Positions 10,329-20,003 of a stretch of DNA of 64,000 nt are shown here, piece after piece. How positions within the stretch are numbered: position 1 is the stretch's first letter; each line of letters opens with the position of its first letter. The notes under the pieces are model-generated. The model was not told the DNA's origin. It did not search any database and saw only the letters and a program-made list of their open reading frames with translations. The translations under genes were made by a program, and so were the position numbers. Origin of the DNA: Planctomycetota bacterium (GTDB lineage Bacteria; Planctomycetota; UBA1135; UBA2386); NCBI GenBank assembly GCA_046290465.1, contig JBKAGP010000001.1, positions 1,728,001-1,792,000 of the forward strand, written 5' to 3'.

Positions 10329-11267
10329 TCACGAACCCTGGCGCTTGGACCAGGTTTGCCAGGATTGGTCGAGGCGTTCGGGGGTCCAGAGGCCGGCGTG
10401 CACGAGGATGCGGTAGCGCAGGGTCAGTTCTTCGCCCGGCTGGAGGACCAGGTCGCCGGTGCCCTTCGGCTTCTTCTCGAAGTCGTGCACGCCGAACGGA
10501 TTGGCGGCCACCAGGCCGTAGCTGCGGGCGTGCCACCAGGTCGGGTGGCGCAGGTTGTCCGGGTGGTCGAAGATCGCGATGCCGACGTCCTTGCCGTCGA
10601 CCGGGCCGGAGTCGTCGACCCAGCGCGCGCGCTGGCCCCAGACCGGCTTGCCGGTGACGCCCTCGCTGTTGCGCAGCGTGCCCTTGGCGACCTTGCCGTC
10701 GACGCGCAGCTGCGGATGCACGCGCAGCGCGAACGTGCCCTCCTTGGTGTCGCCGAACGTCACCGCGCCGTCGGTGGCCTTCAACGTGATCGTGGCGTCG
10801 ATCGTGCGGTGGTCGCCGTGGTCCTCGAAGCGCAGCTGCCGCGACTCGCGCAGCACCACGGTGGCGTCGTCGACCTCCCAGCGGTAGTCGCTGTGCACCA
10901 CCGCGAACGGGTCGTGGCCGACGCGCGCGTAGGTGGCCTCGTGCACGATGCGCTCGCGGTGCCCCTTGCCGTGCCAGAAGTCGAAGCCGTTGACGTTGCC
11001 GTGCGCGAACCACAGCGACTGGTGGTGCGGATGGTCGTGCTGCTCGCCGTCGCGCTCGCCCATCGGGTGGTTGCGCGTCACGGCGCGGTCGCCCGGCGCA
11101 TGGATCGGCCAGACGAACGGGCGCGGCTGCGCCTCGTTGTGCACGGTGGCGAACACGGCGCCATCGCTGAGGATCGTGATGGCGTCGTCGTCGATACGCA
11201 TCGACAGCGACGGACCGCTGCACGCCGCGACGAGAACGAGACAACTGGCTGCCAGCGTGCGCTTCAT
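10329..11267 (-). CDS. DUF6807 / 'PmoA family' exported lipoprotein
   Basis: VAAC lipobox; DHPHHQSLWFAHG, FGDTKEG, FDHPDN..WHARSYGL..NPFG. Confidence 0.8.
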   Translation of the reverse strand: MKRTLAASCLVLVAACSGPSLSMRIDDDAITILSDGAVFATVHNEAQPRPFVWPIHAPGDRAVTRNHPMGERDGEQHDHPHHQSLWFAHGNVNGFDFWHGKGHRERIVHEATYARVGHDPFAVVHSDYRWEVDDATVVLRESRQLRFEDHGDHRTIDATITLKATDGAVTFGDTKEGTFALRVHPQLRVDGKVAKGTLRNSEGVTGKPVWGQRARWVDDSGPVDGKDVGIAIFDHPDNLRHPTWWHARSYGLVAANPFGVHDFEKKPKGTGDLVLQPGEELTLRYRILVHAGLWTPERLDQSWQTWSKRQGS

Positions 11268-11356
11268 GAGGATCCGCAGAGTCTGCATGCTGGCCCTGGG
11301 CACGTCGAGTGCATTGCATAGACTCGGTCCCGCACGCCCTCCCTCCGGAGCCATCC

Positions 11357-11968
11357 ATGTCGCATCCACCCGATCGCGGCGGGGTTTCCCGCCGTTCGTT
11401 CCTCAAGGGTTCTGCCGTCGCCGGCATCGCCACCACCGGGCTGACTGCCGCTGCCGAAGCGGCCAAGGCCCCGCCCACGCCCGAGACGTTCGGGCAGGGC
11501 GAGCACGAGATCACGCTGCGCATCAACGGCGCCGACAAGCAGGTCAAGGTCGAGACCCGCACGACGCTGCTCGACGCGCTGCGCGACCGCATGGACCTGA
11601 CCGGCGCCAAGAAGATCTGCGACCGCGGCTCGTGCGGCGGCTGCACGGTGCTGGTCGACGATGCGCCGGTCAACAGCTGCCTGATGCTGGCGATGGACGC
11701 GGTCGGCGCCGAGGTGCGCACCGTCGAAGGCCTCGTCGACGGCGACAAGGCCCACCCGCTGGTCCACAACTTCGTGCAGTGTGACGCCCTGCAGTGCGGC
11801 TTCTGCACGCCGGGCATGGTCATGAGCTCGGTCGCCTGCCTCGAGAAGCGCGGCAAGCCGACGCCGGAGCAGATGCGCCAGGACCTGTCCGGCAACCTCT
11901 GCCGCTGCGGCACCTACGGCCGCGTGATGGAGGCCATCGACAAGACGGCCAAGGAGGGCGGCAAGTGA
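11357..11968 (+). CDS. Molybdo-hydroxylase 2x[2Fe-2S] subunit with Tat signal (PaoA/YagT-like)
   Basis: SRRSFLK; CDRGSCGGC..C and QCGFC..CRC cysteine motifs. Confidence 0.93.
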   Translation: MSHPPDRGGVSRRSFLKGSAVAGIATTGLTAAAEAAKAPPTPETFGQGEHEITLRINGADKQVKVETRTTLLDALRDRMDLTGAKKICDRGSCGGCTVLVDDAPVNSCLMLAMDAVGAEVRTVEGLVDGDKAHPLVHNFVQCDALQCGFCTPGMVMSSVACLEKRGKPTPEQMRQDLSGNLCRCGTYGRVMEAIDKTAKEGGK

Positions 11969-14241
11969 GCACCTCTCCCGACCACCGGACGTCCCCCGAG
12001 AACGCCCCCCGCGCCGTCGAGATCACCGGCGGCTACCGTGCGCTGCCCGGCGGCAAGGACAACCTGCGCAAGCTGCAGGTCAACCCCGAGGAAGGCGACG
12101 CCCCGCCGTGGGACGCCAACACCAGGTTCACGACGGTCGGCACCGACGTCGACCGCGTCGACGGCCTCGCCAAGGCGACCGGCCGGGCCAAGTACGCCTA
12201 CGACATCAACTTTCCGGACCTGCAGCAGGCGATGATCCTGCGCGCGTCGATCGCGCGCGGCGTGCTGAAGGGTCTCGACCTGACCGAGGCGCGCGGCATG
12301 CCCGGCATCACCGCGGTGGTGCGCCTCAAGGACGACGGCGCCAAGGTGCGCTTCGTCGGCGACGCGATCGCCGCGGTCGCCGGGCGCACGCTCGACGACG
12401 TGCGCGACGCGATCGAGAAGATCCGCGCCGACTACGAGGCCGACGAACACAACGTCGACTACCTGATGGACGAGAACGCCCCGATGCTCGACATGCAGGG
12501 GCAGATCGACGAGGAGTGGCCCGAGTCGTCCAAGATCGAGGACGCGCTGGCCGCGGCCGCCCACCAGCACGTCGCCTCCGACCGCACCGAAGTGCAGACG
12601 CACAGCTCGCTGGAGACCCACGGCAACGTCTGCAGGTGGAACGGCAACGAGCTCGAGGTCTGGGCCTCGACGCAGGCGACGTTCGGCGTGCAGAACGAGC
12701 TGTCGCGCGCGCTCAACGCCCGCGGCATCAAGGTCGAGGCGGTCGACGTGCACTCCGAGTTCGTCGGCGGTGGCTTCGGCTCGAAGTTCTCGGCCGGCAT
12801 CGAGGGACTCGCCTGCGCGCTGCTGGCGCACGAGGCCAAGAAGCCGGTCAAGCTGATGCTCGACCGCTTCGAGGAGCACACCACCGCCGGCAACCGTCCG
12901 GCGGCGCTGATGCAGGTGCGCGGCGCATTCGACCAGAACGGCGACCTCAGCGCGTGGGACTGGCGCAGCTTCGGCGGGGTCGGCTTCAACGGCTTCGGCG
13001 GCGCGGTGCGCTACCCCAACTACTACCTCGGCGACGCGGCCACCCGCAGAAAGCACCGGGACATCGCCACCGACACCGACCCGGCGCGTTCGATGCGCGC
13101 CCCCGGCTACCCGCAGGGCTGGTTCGGCGCCGAGCTGTTCCTCGACGAGCTGTGCCAGAAGGCCGGCGTCGACCCGCTGGAGTGGCGCATGAAGCACGAC
13201 GCGGAGGACATCCGCCGCGACCAGTGGCGGTTCGCGGCCGACAAGTTCGGCTGGGACAAGCTGCGCAAGCGCAAGAACGAGGCGGGCGCCCGCTACGTCA
13301 AGGGCGTCGGCTGCGCCAGCGCGCGCTGGGGCCAGCTCGGCCGCCACGGCGGCCGCCGCTTCCGCTACGGCATCACCTGCCGAATCCACGCCGACGGCCG
13401 CATCGAGACCCGCAGCGGCGCGCAGGACATCGGCACCGGCCTGAAGACCGCGATGGCGATGCTGACCGCCGAGGAGCTCGGCGTGCCGGTGTCGCGCGTC
13501 AAGGCGACGACCGGCCACACCGCCGATCCGATCGGCCCGGGCTCGGGCGGCAGCACGACCACGCCGTCGGTGGCGCCGGCCGTGCGCCACGCCGCGTTCC
13601 TGGCCAAGAACGAGCTGATCGCGCTGGTCGCCAAGCACCTCGGTGTGCCGGTCCAGGACGTCACCTGCGAAGGCGACAAGGTCGGCACCAAGGACGCGCG
13701 CATGGAGTGGACCGAGGCGTGCAAGCTGGTCGGCACCACGCCGATCGAGGTGCGCGGCGAGCGCTTCCCCAACTACCGCGACAAGCCGTTCCACGGCGGC
13801 GTCTGCGGCGCGCAGTTCGCCGAGGTCACGGTCGACACCTGGACCGGTGAGGTCCAGGTCGACCGCATGTTCGGCATCCAGGACTGCGGCCTGGTCATCG
13901 CCAGGAAGCTGGCCGAGAGCCAGGTGCTCGGCGCGATGATCCAGGGCGTCAGCTACGCCGTGCACGAGCAGCGCATCATGGACCCGCGCAGCGGCCGCAT
14001 GCTCAACGGCGACTTCCTGCGCTACAAGGTCACCGGCACCAAGGACCTGCCCGAGCTCGAGTGCCACATGCACTCGATCGCCAACGGCCACAACAACACC
14101 GGCGCGGCCGGCCTCGGCGAGCCGCCGTCGACGGCGTCCGCCGCGGCGATCGCCAACGCCGTCTTCCACGCGATCGGCGCGCCCGTTCGCCACCTCCCGA
14201 TCACCCCGGAGAAGGTCCTCGCGGCCCTCCAGTCCAAGTAA
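11965..14241 (+). CDS. Xanthine dehydrogenase family molybdopterin-binding subunit
   Basis: GTG overlaps upstream TGA; DGLAKATG, GGGFGSK, MRAPG, QDIGTG, GSGGS, GLGEPP. Confidence 0.93.
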   Translation: MSTSPDHRTSPENAPRAVEITGGYRALPGGKDNLRKLQVNPEEGDAPPWDANTRFTTVGTDVDRVDGLAKATGRAKYAYDINFPDLQQAMILRASIARGVLKGLDLTEARGMPGITAVVRLKDDGAKVRFVGDAIAAVAGRTLDDVRDAIEKIRADYEADEHNVDYLMDENAPMLDMQGQIDEEWPESSKIEDALAAAAHQHVASDRTEVQTHSSLETHGNVCRWNGNELEVWASTQATFGVQNELSRALNARGIKVEAVDVHSEFVGGGFGSKFSAGIEGLACALLAHEAKKPVKLMLDRFEEHTTAGNRPAALMQVRGAFDQNGDLSAWDWRSFGGVGFNGFGGAVRYPNYYLGDAATRRKHRDIATDTDPARSMRAPGYPQGWFGAELFLDELCQKAGVDPLEWRMKHDAEDIRRDQWRFAADKFGWDKLRKRKNEAGARYVKGVGCASARWGQLGRHGGRRFRYGITCRIHADGRIETRSGAQDIGTGLKTAMAMLTAEELGVPVSRVKATTGHTADPIGPGSGGSTTTPSVAPAVRHAAFLAKNELIALVAKHLGVPVQDVTCEGDKVGTKDARMEWTEACKLVGTTPIEVRGERFPNYRDKPFHGGVCGAQFAEVTVDTWTGEVQVDRMFGIQDCGLVIARKLAESQVLGAMIQGVSYAVHEQRIMDPRSGRMLNGDFLRYKVTGTKDLPELECHMHSIANGHNNTGAAGLGEPPSTASAAAIANAVFHAIGAPVRHLPITPEKVLAALQSK

Positions 14242-14259
14242 CGGCACGGAGCAACCCAG

Positions 14260-15243
14260 ATGAAACCGTTCACCTACGTCGTGCCCAAGTCGCTGGACGA
14301 GGCCAAGGAAGCGGCGGCCAAGCCCGACACCATCGTCAAGGGTGCCGGCCTCGACATCGTCGACCGCATGAAGGAGCGCCTGCAGACGCCGAGCAACGTC
14401 GTCAACCTGCTGCCGCTCGCGAAGGACCTGGCCGGCGTCACCGTCGCGGCCGACGGCTCGGTCACCATCGGCGCGCTGACGACGCTGACCGATCTCGAGA
14501 ACCACGAGGCGCTGCAGGGCCGCGCGTTCGCGGCGCTGACGAAGTCGGCGTCGACGACCGGCACCCCACAGGTCCGCAACCGCGCGACCGTCGCCGGCAA
14601 CATCCTGCAGTTCACGCGCTGCTGGTACGTGCGCAGCGAGGCCTTCCACTGCCTGCACGGCGGCCGCGGCCCGACCTGCCTGGCGATGACCGGCCAGAAC
14701 CGCTACCACGCAGTGATGGGCTGGTCGGACTGCGTGCGCGTGCACCCGAGCAACCTGGCGCCGCCGCTGCTGGCGATGGGCGCCGAATACTCGACGGTGC
14801 TCGGCGACCAGGTGCGCCGCCGCAAGCTGATCGACCTGTTCCCGGAGCAACCGCGCGCGCAACTCGCCGAGCACACGCTCGAAGAAGGTGAGATCGTCAC
14901 CGCGCTGCACCTCCCCAAGCAGGCCGACGACGTGCGCACGGCCTACACCGAGAGCCGCGAGAAGCAGTCGTTCGACTGGTCGACCACCGCCTGCGCGGTG
15001 CGGCTGGTGATGGACGGCGGCAAGATCGCCGAGGCCGACCTGGTGCTCGGCGCCGTCGCGCCCAACCCGATGCCGCGGCCGCAGGCTGCGCGCATGCTGG
15101 TCGGCAAGGAGCCGTCGACCAGGCTGTTCCAACGCGTCGCCGAGATGGCCTTCCAGGGCGCGGCGCCGCTGGCCCACAACGCGTTCAAGCTGCCGATCGG
15201 CAAGAGCGTCGTCCGCGCAGCCCTCGAGGAGGCAACCCGATGA
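14260..15243 (+). CDS. Xanthine dehydrogenase family FAD subunit with [4Fe-4S] insert (PaoB/YagS-like)
   Basis: IGALTT, QVRNRATVAGN, RCWY..C..C..C-x3-HPS, GAVAP. Confidence 0.92.
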   Translation: MKPFTYVVPKSLDEAKEAAAKPDTIVKGAGLDIVDRMKERLQTPSNVVNLLPLAKDLAGVTVAADGSVTIGALTTLTDLENHEALQGRAFAALTKSASTTGTPQVRNRATVAGNILQFTRCWYVRSEAFHCLHGGRGPTCLAMTGQNRYHAVMGWSDCVRVHPSNLAPPLLAMGAEYSTVLGDQVRRRKLIDLFPEQPRAQLAEHTLEEGEIVTALHLPKQADDVRTAYTESREKQSFDWSTTACAVRLVMDGGKIAEADLVLGAVAPNPMPRPQAARMLVGKEPSTRLFQRVAEMAFQGAAPLAHNAFKLPIGKSVVRAALEEATR

Positions 15244-15479
15244 GCGACCGACAGAAGACCCACGAGGACCTGATGCCGCCGCACGCGTGCCCGTCCTTGT
15301 TGATGAAGCACATCCTGACCAACTCGATGGCCGACGTCGTCTACGACGACCGCGAGCAGCCGGGCGACGGCTACTACTGGTGCGCGCGAACCTGCACCGT
15401 GGTCGGCCCTGACGACGAAATCGTCGCGCCGAAGGCGTGCTGCCCCGGCCGCAGCTGCTACGACGGCCCGCGCGGCTGA
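15240..15479 (+). CDS. 79-aa cysteine-rich protein, last gene of the molybdoenzyme operon
   Basis: ATGA overlap, GAGGAGG RBS, high-GC3 codon use, 6 Cys. Confidence 0.75.
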   Translation: MSDRQKTHEDLMPPHACPSLLMKHILTNSMADVVYDDREQPGDGYYWCARTCTVVGPDDEIVAPKACCPGRSCYDGPRG

Positions 15480-15516
15480 CCGCGGGCTTGCCTTCGCGGC
15501 GCGCGCCTGCGAACGG

Positions 15517-17682
15517 CTACTCGTCGAGCAGCTTCTGCAGCCGCCGCCACTGGAACTCGCTGCTGTGCTGGCGGACCTGGCCGTTGAGGCCGTGGCGCGA
15601 GCGCGGGTAGACCATCAGCTCGACGTTCTGCCGGTTGGCCTTCTGCAGTTCCCACAGCAGCTGCATGGTGTTCTGCATGTGCACGTTGTCGTCCTTGGTG
15701 CCGTGGATCAGCACCAGGTGGCCGTGCAGGTTCTTGGCGGCCTTGACCACCGATGTCGCGTCGTAGCCCTGCTGGTTCTCCTGCGGCGTGCGCATGTAGC
15801 GCTCGGTGTAGATCGTGTCGTAGAGGCGCCAGTCGTGCACGCCGGCGCCGGCCAGGCCGAGCGCGAACTTCTTGCTGTGCGTCAGCGCGTAGGCAGACAT
15901 GAACCCGCCGTAGCTCCAGCCGCTGATCGCGACCTTGTCCGGGTTGCCGCCGAAGTGCTTGCAGACGTGGTCGACCGCGTCCTCGAGGTCCTTCAGCTCC
16001 TGCACCCCGAGCTGCCGGTAGCAGGTCCCGGTGTGTTGCTGGCCGCGGCCGGACGCCGAACGCACGTTGCACTGCAGGACGATGAAGCCCTGCTGCGCCA
16101 GGAACTGGTAGTAGGTCGAGTGCGACCAGCGGTCGCGAACCGACGGTGCGTCCGGCCCCGAGTAGGTCGGCAGGAAGATCGGGTAGCGCTTGCCCGACTG
16201 CCAGTCCGGCGGCAGCTGCACCGACGCGTCGAGCGGGTAGCCGTCGCGCGCCGGGATCGACAGGCGCTTCTTCTCGCTGAACGCGTAGTCCTTGGCCGCA
16301 CCCTTGCCGGCCCTGCCGAGTTCGCGCACCGCCTCACCGGTTTGGCCGTCGCAGACGCGCACGATCGTCGGGTGCTCCATCGACGACCAGCGGTCGAGCA
16401 CGTAGCGGCCGTCGTCACCGAGCGAGAACGAGTGCGTGCCGACGCCGGGCGTCAGGCAGACGAGCCCCGAGCCATCGAACGCGACGCGGTAGAGGTGCCG
16501 GCCGGTAGCGCCGTCCTTGGTGCCCTCGAACCACAGCAGCTTCTTCTGCTCGTCGACGCGCACGATCGAGCGCACCTGCCACTCACCGCTGGTCGGCGTC
16601 TCGATCAGCTTGCCGCCCTTCTGGTAGTGGTAGACGTGCTGGTAGCCGGTGCGCTCCGACAGCCACAAGAACGTGCCGTCCGCGAGCCAGCGCGGCGAGC
16701 TCGGCCGGTTGACCCAGGTCGGCGACTCCTCGCGGATCCAGGTGGTCGCCTCGCCGGTCTTCGGGTCGATCGCGCACAGCTCCGCCCAGGTCTGGATGCG
16801 GTCCTGGATCGTCGCCAGCAGCGTCTCGCCGTCCGGTGTCCAGTCGACGCGCACCACCAGCAGGTCCTTCGGGAACCGCGACAGGTCGCACTTCACGACC
16901 TTGCCGCTGTCCATGTGCGCAACCGACAGGCTGGCGAACGGGTTGGGGTCGCCCGCCTTCGGGTAGTTGGTGACCTCGCTGACCACCGAACGCTCCTTGT
17001 CGAGGAAGTCCTGCGGCACGTGGTCGATCACGGTGAACTCGCGCACCGGCGCCTCGTCGAGCGACAGGAACGCGCAGCGGCCGCCCTTCGGGCTCCACCA
17101 GTGCGCCTGGAAGTCGCCGCGCCCGTACAGCTCCTCCTGGTAGACCCAGTCGAGCTTGCCGTGGAACAGCTCCGGGCCGCCGTCCTCGGTGACGCGCCAG
17201 ACGTCGCCGCCGCCGACCAGGTGCAGGTCGTTGTGCTGCACGTAGCTGATGTAAGAGCCGTCGCCGCTGACGTGCACCTCCGAGATCGCGCCGCGCGCGA
17301 GGTCGACCTTGCCGCGGTTGCGGCTGTTCTTGCTCGGCGCCATCCGACGACCGCGGAACCGCCGCGCTGCCGGCCCGGCGATCTCGTCGCTCCACAGTTC
17401 GCCCTTGTACTCGAACGCGATCGTGCGCTTGCCCGCCGCCGCTGCCGGCTCGGCCTCGGACTTCACCTCCTTGCCGGTCGCCGGATCGATCCAGCGCTTG
17501 CCGATCTCGACGTAGCGGCCGCCGGCGACGAGTCGCGCGCGCGGGGCGGCGGACTCCCAGCGGATGCCCTTGCGCACGTCCTCGTAGCTGAGGCGCTTCT
17601 GCGCGAGCAACGGCGAACAGAACAGGGACGAACCGGACAGGACCACGAGCGGCACGGCCGCGACGGCGAGGAGTCGACGCAT
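15517..17682 (-). CDS. S9 family dipeptidyl-peptidase IV-like exported peptidase
   Basis: Signal peptide; DWVYQEE, YPKAG, GWSYGG, IHGTKDDNVH. Confidence 0.95.
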   Translation of the reverse strand: MRRLLAVAAVPLVVLSGSSLFCSPLLAQKRLSYEDVRKGIRWESAAPRARLVAGGRYVEIGKRWIDPATGKEVKSEAEPAAAAGKRTIAFEYKGELWSDEIAGPAARRFRGRRMAPSKNSRNRGKVDLARGAISEVHVSGDGSYISYVQHNDLHLVGGGDVWRVTEDGGPELFHGKLDWVYQEELYGRGDFQAHWWSPKGGRCAFLSLDEAPVREFTVIDHVPQDFLDKERSVVSEVTNYPKAGDPNPFASLSVAHMDSGKVVKCDLSRFPKDLLVVRVDWTPDGETLLATIQDRIQTWAELCAIDPKTGEATTWIREESPTWVNRPSSPRWLADGTFLWLSERTGYQHVYHYQKGGKLIETPTSGEWQVRSIVRVDEQKKLLWFEGTKDGATGRHLYRVAFDGSGLVCLTPGVGTHSFSLGDDGRYVLDRWSSMEHPTIVRVCDGQTGEAVRELGRAGKGAAKDYAFSEKKRLSIPARDGYPLDASVQLPPDWQSGKRYPIFLPTYSGPDAPSVRDRWSHSTYYQFLAQQGFIVLQCNVRSASGRGQQHTGTCYRQLGVQELKDLEDAVDHVCKHFGGNPDKVAISGWSYGGFMSAYALTHSKKFALGLAGAGVHDWRLYDTIYTERYMRTPQENQQGYDATSVVKAAKNLHGHLVLIHGTKDDNVHMQNTMQLLWELQKANRQNVELMVYPRSRHGLNGQVRQHSSEFQWRRLQKLLDE

Positions 17683-17789
17683 CACGGCATGCTACGGAGC
17701 GCGGCCGGCAGCGGCGGCACGACTCGGTACCATCGATGTCCTGGCGCTTCGTGTTTGCCCGCCCAGCTCGCCTCTTGCACGATGCGTGC

Positions 17790-19358
17790 ATGCGCATCCT
17801 CGCCGTCCCCTCCCCTGATTCGGCCGCCGCAGCTGGCGGTGGTTACGACGCCGTGGTCCTGGTCGGCCACGACCCGCTGGCCGTCGGACTGAAGCCGCTG
17901 CAGCAGACGCTGCAGGCGCTCGGATCGGCCGACGCGTCGGCCAACGGCGCGGTCAACCTGGTGCCGGCCGACGGCGTCGCCGGCGGCCGCCTGGTGGTCG
18001 CCCCCACCGGCCCGCTCGGCCGCGACTACGACGACGTGCGCCGCCATGCCGACGCCGCCGGCCGCGGCGTGCAGCGCGCCCGCGACGCCGGCGCCAAGAG
18101 CGTGCTGCTGCTGGTGCAGGCGCCGCCGCAGGACGACCTCTACGCCCACGCCGCGTGCATCGCCGCGCTCGGCGCGTGCGGCGGCCTGTGGCAGCCGCTC
18201 GAAGCGCGCGAGGACCTCGGCGAGAAGAACGTCGAGCCGGTGCAGAAGCTCGGCGTCGCGGTGCTCGACGGCGCGTTTTCGAAGAAGCAGGCCGACTGGG
18301 TCTCTGCGGTCGACGCCGGCGTGCGGCTGGCGCGCGACCTGTGCGGCACCAACCCCGAACGCATGGCGCCGCAGAAGTTCGCCGCCTACGTGCAGGCCGC
18401 GTGCAAGGGCAGCGGCGTCAAGGTGACGGTCGACAAGGACGGCAAGAAGCTGCTCAAGGACTACCCGCTGCTGATGGCGGTGTCGCGCGCGTCGATGGCG
18501 GTGGCCCGGCATCGGCCGTGCGTCGTGCGCATGGAGTACAAGCCGACCGGCAAGATCGAGCGCACGATCCTGATCGCCGGCAAGGGCGTCACCTACGACA
18601 CCGGCGGCGCCGACCTGAAGGTCAACGGCATCATGGCCGGCATGAGCCGCGACAAGGGCGGCGCCGCCGCTGCGGCCGGCGTCGTGCTCGCCGCCGCGAA
18701 GCTCAAGCTCAAGGGCGTGCAGGTGATCGCCGAGCTCGGACTGGTGCGCAACAGCATCGGCGCCGACGCGTTCGTCGCCGACGAGATCATCGAGAGCCAC
18801 GCCGGCTGCCGGGTGCGCATCGGCAACACCGACGCCGAGGGCCGGCTGGTGCTCGCCGACCTGCTGTCGCACCTGCGCGTGACCGGCAACAAGGCCAAGA
18901 ACCCCGAGCTGTTCTCGGTCGCGACGCTGACCGGCCACGCCGCGCGCGCGGTCGGCCCCTACAACATCGCGCTCGACAACGGCCCGGCGCACGAGCGCTT
19001 CACGTCGGAGTCGCTGAGCGAGGCCGGCGACCTCCTGGGCGACCCGTTCGAGGTCTCGCGCCTGCGCCGCGAGGACTATTCCTTCATCGCGCCGCGCACC
19101 AAGGCCGACGACGTGCTGCAGTGCAACAACGCCGCCAGCTCGGCGACCCCGCGCGGCCACCAGTTCCCGGCCGCATTCCTGGTGCTGGCCGCCGGCCTCG
19201 GCGAACACGGCATCGACAGCAAGAAGCCGATGCCGTTCACGCACATCGACATCGGCGGCAGCGGCTGCGAAGGCGGCGACTGGCAGCACGGCAAGCCGTC
19301 CGGCCGGCCGGTGGTCGCGATGCTGGCCGCGCTGTGCGGCGGCAACCCGCCGGTCTAG
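17790..19358 (+). CDS. M17 leucyl aminopeptidase family protein
   Basis: GKGVTYDTGG, RDKGG, NTDAEGRL, ATLTG, HIDI. Confidence 0.93.
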   Translation: MRILAVPSPDSAAAAGGGYDAVVLVGHDPLAVGLKPLQQTLQALGSADASANGAVNLVPADGVAGGRLVVAPTGPLGRDYDDVRRHADAAGRGVQRARDAGAKSVLLLVQAPPQDDLYAHAACIAALGACGGLWQPLEAREDLGEKNVEPVQKLGVAVLDGAFSKKQADWVSAVDAGVRLARDLCGTNPERMAPQKFAAYVQAACKGSGVKVTVDKDGKKLLKDYPLLMAVSRASMAVARHRPCVVRMEYKPTGKIERTILIAGKGVTYDTGGADLKVNGIMAGMSRDKGGAAAAAGVVLAAAKLKLKGVQVIAELGLVRNSIGADAFVADEIIESHAGCRVRIGNTDAEGRLVLADLLSHLRVTGNKAKNPELFSVATLTGHAARAVGPYNIALDNGPAHERFTSESLSEAGDLLGDPFEVSRLRREDYSFIAPRTKADDVLQCNNAASSATPRGHQFPAAFLVLAAGLGEHGIDSKKPMPFTHIDIGGSGCEGGDWQHGKPSGRPVVAMLAALCGGNPPV

Positions 19359-19429
19359 GCCGACGCGCAGGAAATGCGCGAACGGACTGATCCGGCGGGC
19401 ACCGCCCGCCGTTGCAGGCAGGCAATCCC

Positions 19430-19960
19430 ATGGCACAGATTGCGACGCCGGACGACGAGCAGAAGGGGGACATGACGCCGATGATCGACGTCGTCTTCCT
19501 GCTCATCGTGTTCTTCCTCTGCATCGAGTTCAAAGTGCTCGAGTCCCGCCTCGACGCGTTCCTGCCGACGGACAAGGGCTCGGCCCCGACCGTGACCCCC
19601 GTGGTCGAGCAGCTGGTCGTGCGCGTGCACGTCGCCAACGAAGGCACCGTGATGACGCCCGACGGGGCCCGCGCGGTCGACGGCCGGCCGCCGCGCCACC
19701 AGCTGGTCGGCCACCAGGTGCGGCTCGAGGTCGGGCCGGTCCCGTGCGCCGACCTCGCCTCGGGCCGCCGCGAACTCGAACGGCTGGCCGACAGCGACGC
19801 CAGCTACGTCGACGACCCGAAGACCGGCGGCAGGAAGCGCATCCCGCTGGTCGTCGAGGGCTACCCCGGCACGCGCTACGACGACATCGCGCGCACCGCC
19901 GACCTGTGCCGCGGCGCGGGCTTCGACGACATCACGTTCGGCGGCGGCGTGCGCCGCTGA
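19430..19960 (+). CDS. ExbD/TolR-like biopolymer transporter protein (no exbB neighbour)
   Basis: MTPMIDVVFLLIVFF transmembrane signature. Confidence 0.85.
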   Translation: MAQIATPDDEQKGDMTPMIDVVFLLIVFFLCIEFKVLESRLDAFLPTDKGSAPTVTPVVEQLVVRVHVANEGTVMTPDGARAVDGRPPRHQLVGHQVRLEVGPVPCADLASGRRELERLADSDASYVDDPKTGGRKRIPLVVEGYPGTRYDDIARTADLCRGAGFDDITFGGGVRR

Positions 19961-19988
19961 CCGCTGGACCGCCGCTGACCGCTGGACC
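19953..19988. repeat. 18-bp tandem duplication GCCGCTGACCGCTGGACC x2 containing the exbD stop codon
   Basis: Exact copies at 19953 and 19971. Confidence 0.85.
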
Positions 19989-20003
19989 ACCGAACCGGCC
20001 GCG

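Noticed and set aside
10329..11267. Particulate methane monooxygenase subunit
   Set aside because: Soluble exported protein of the misleadingly named family; no TM helices and no pmoB/pmoC.
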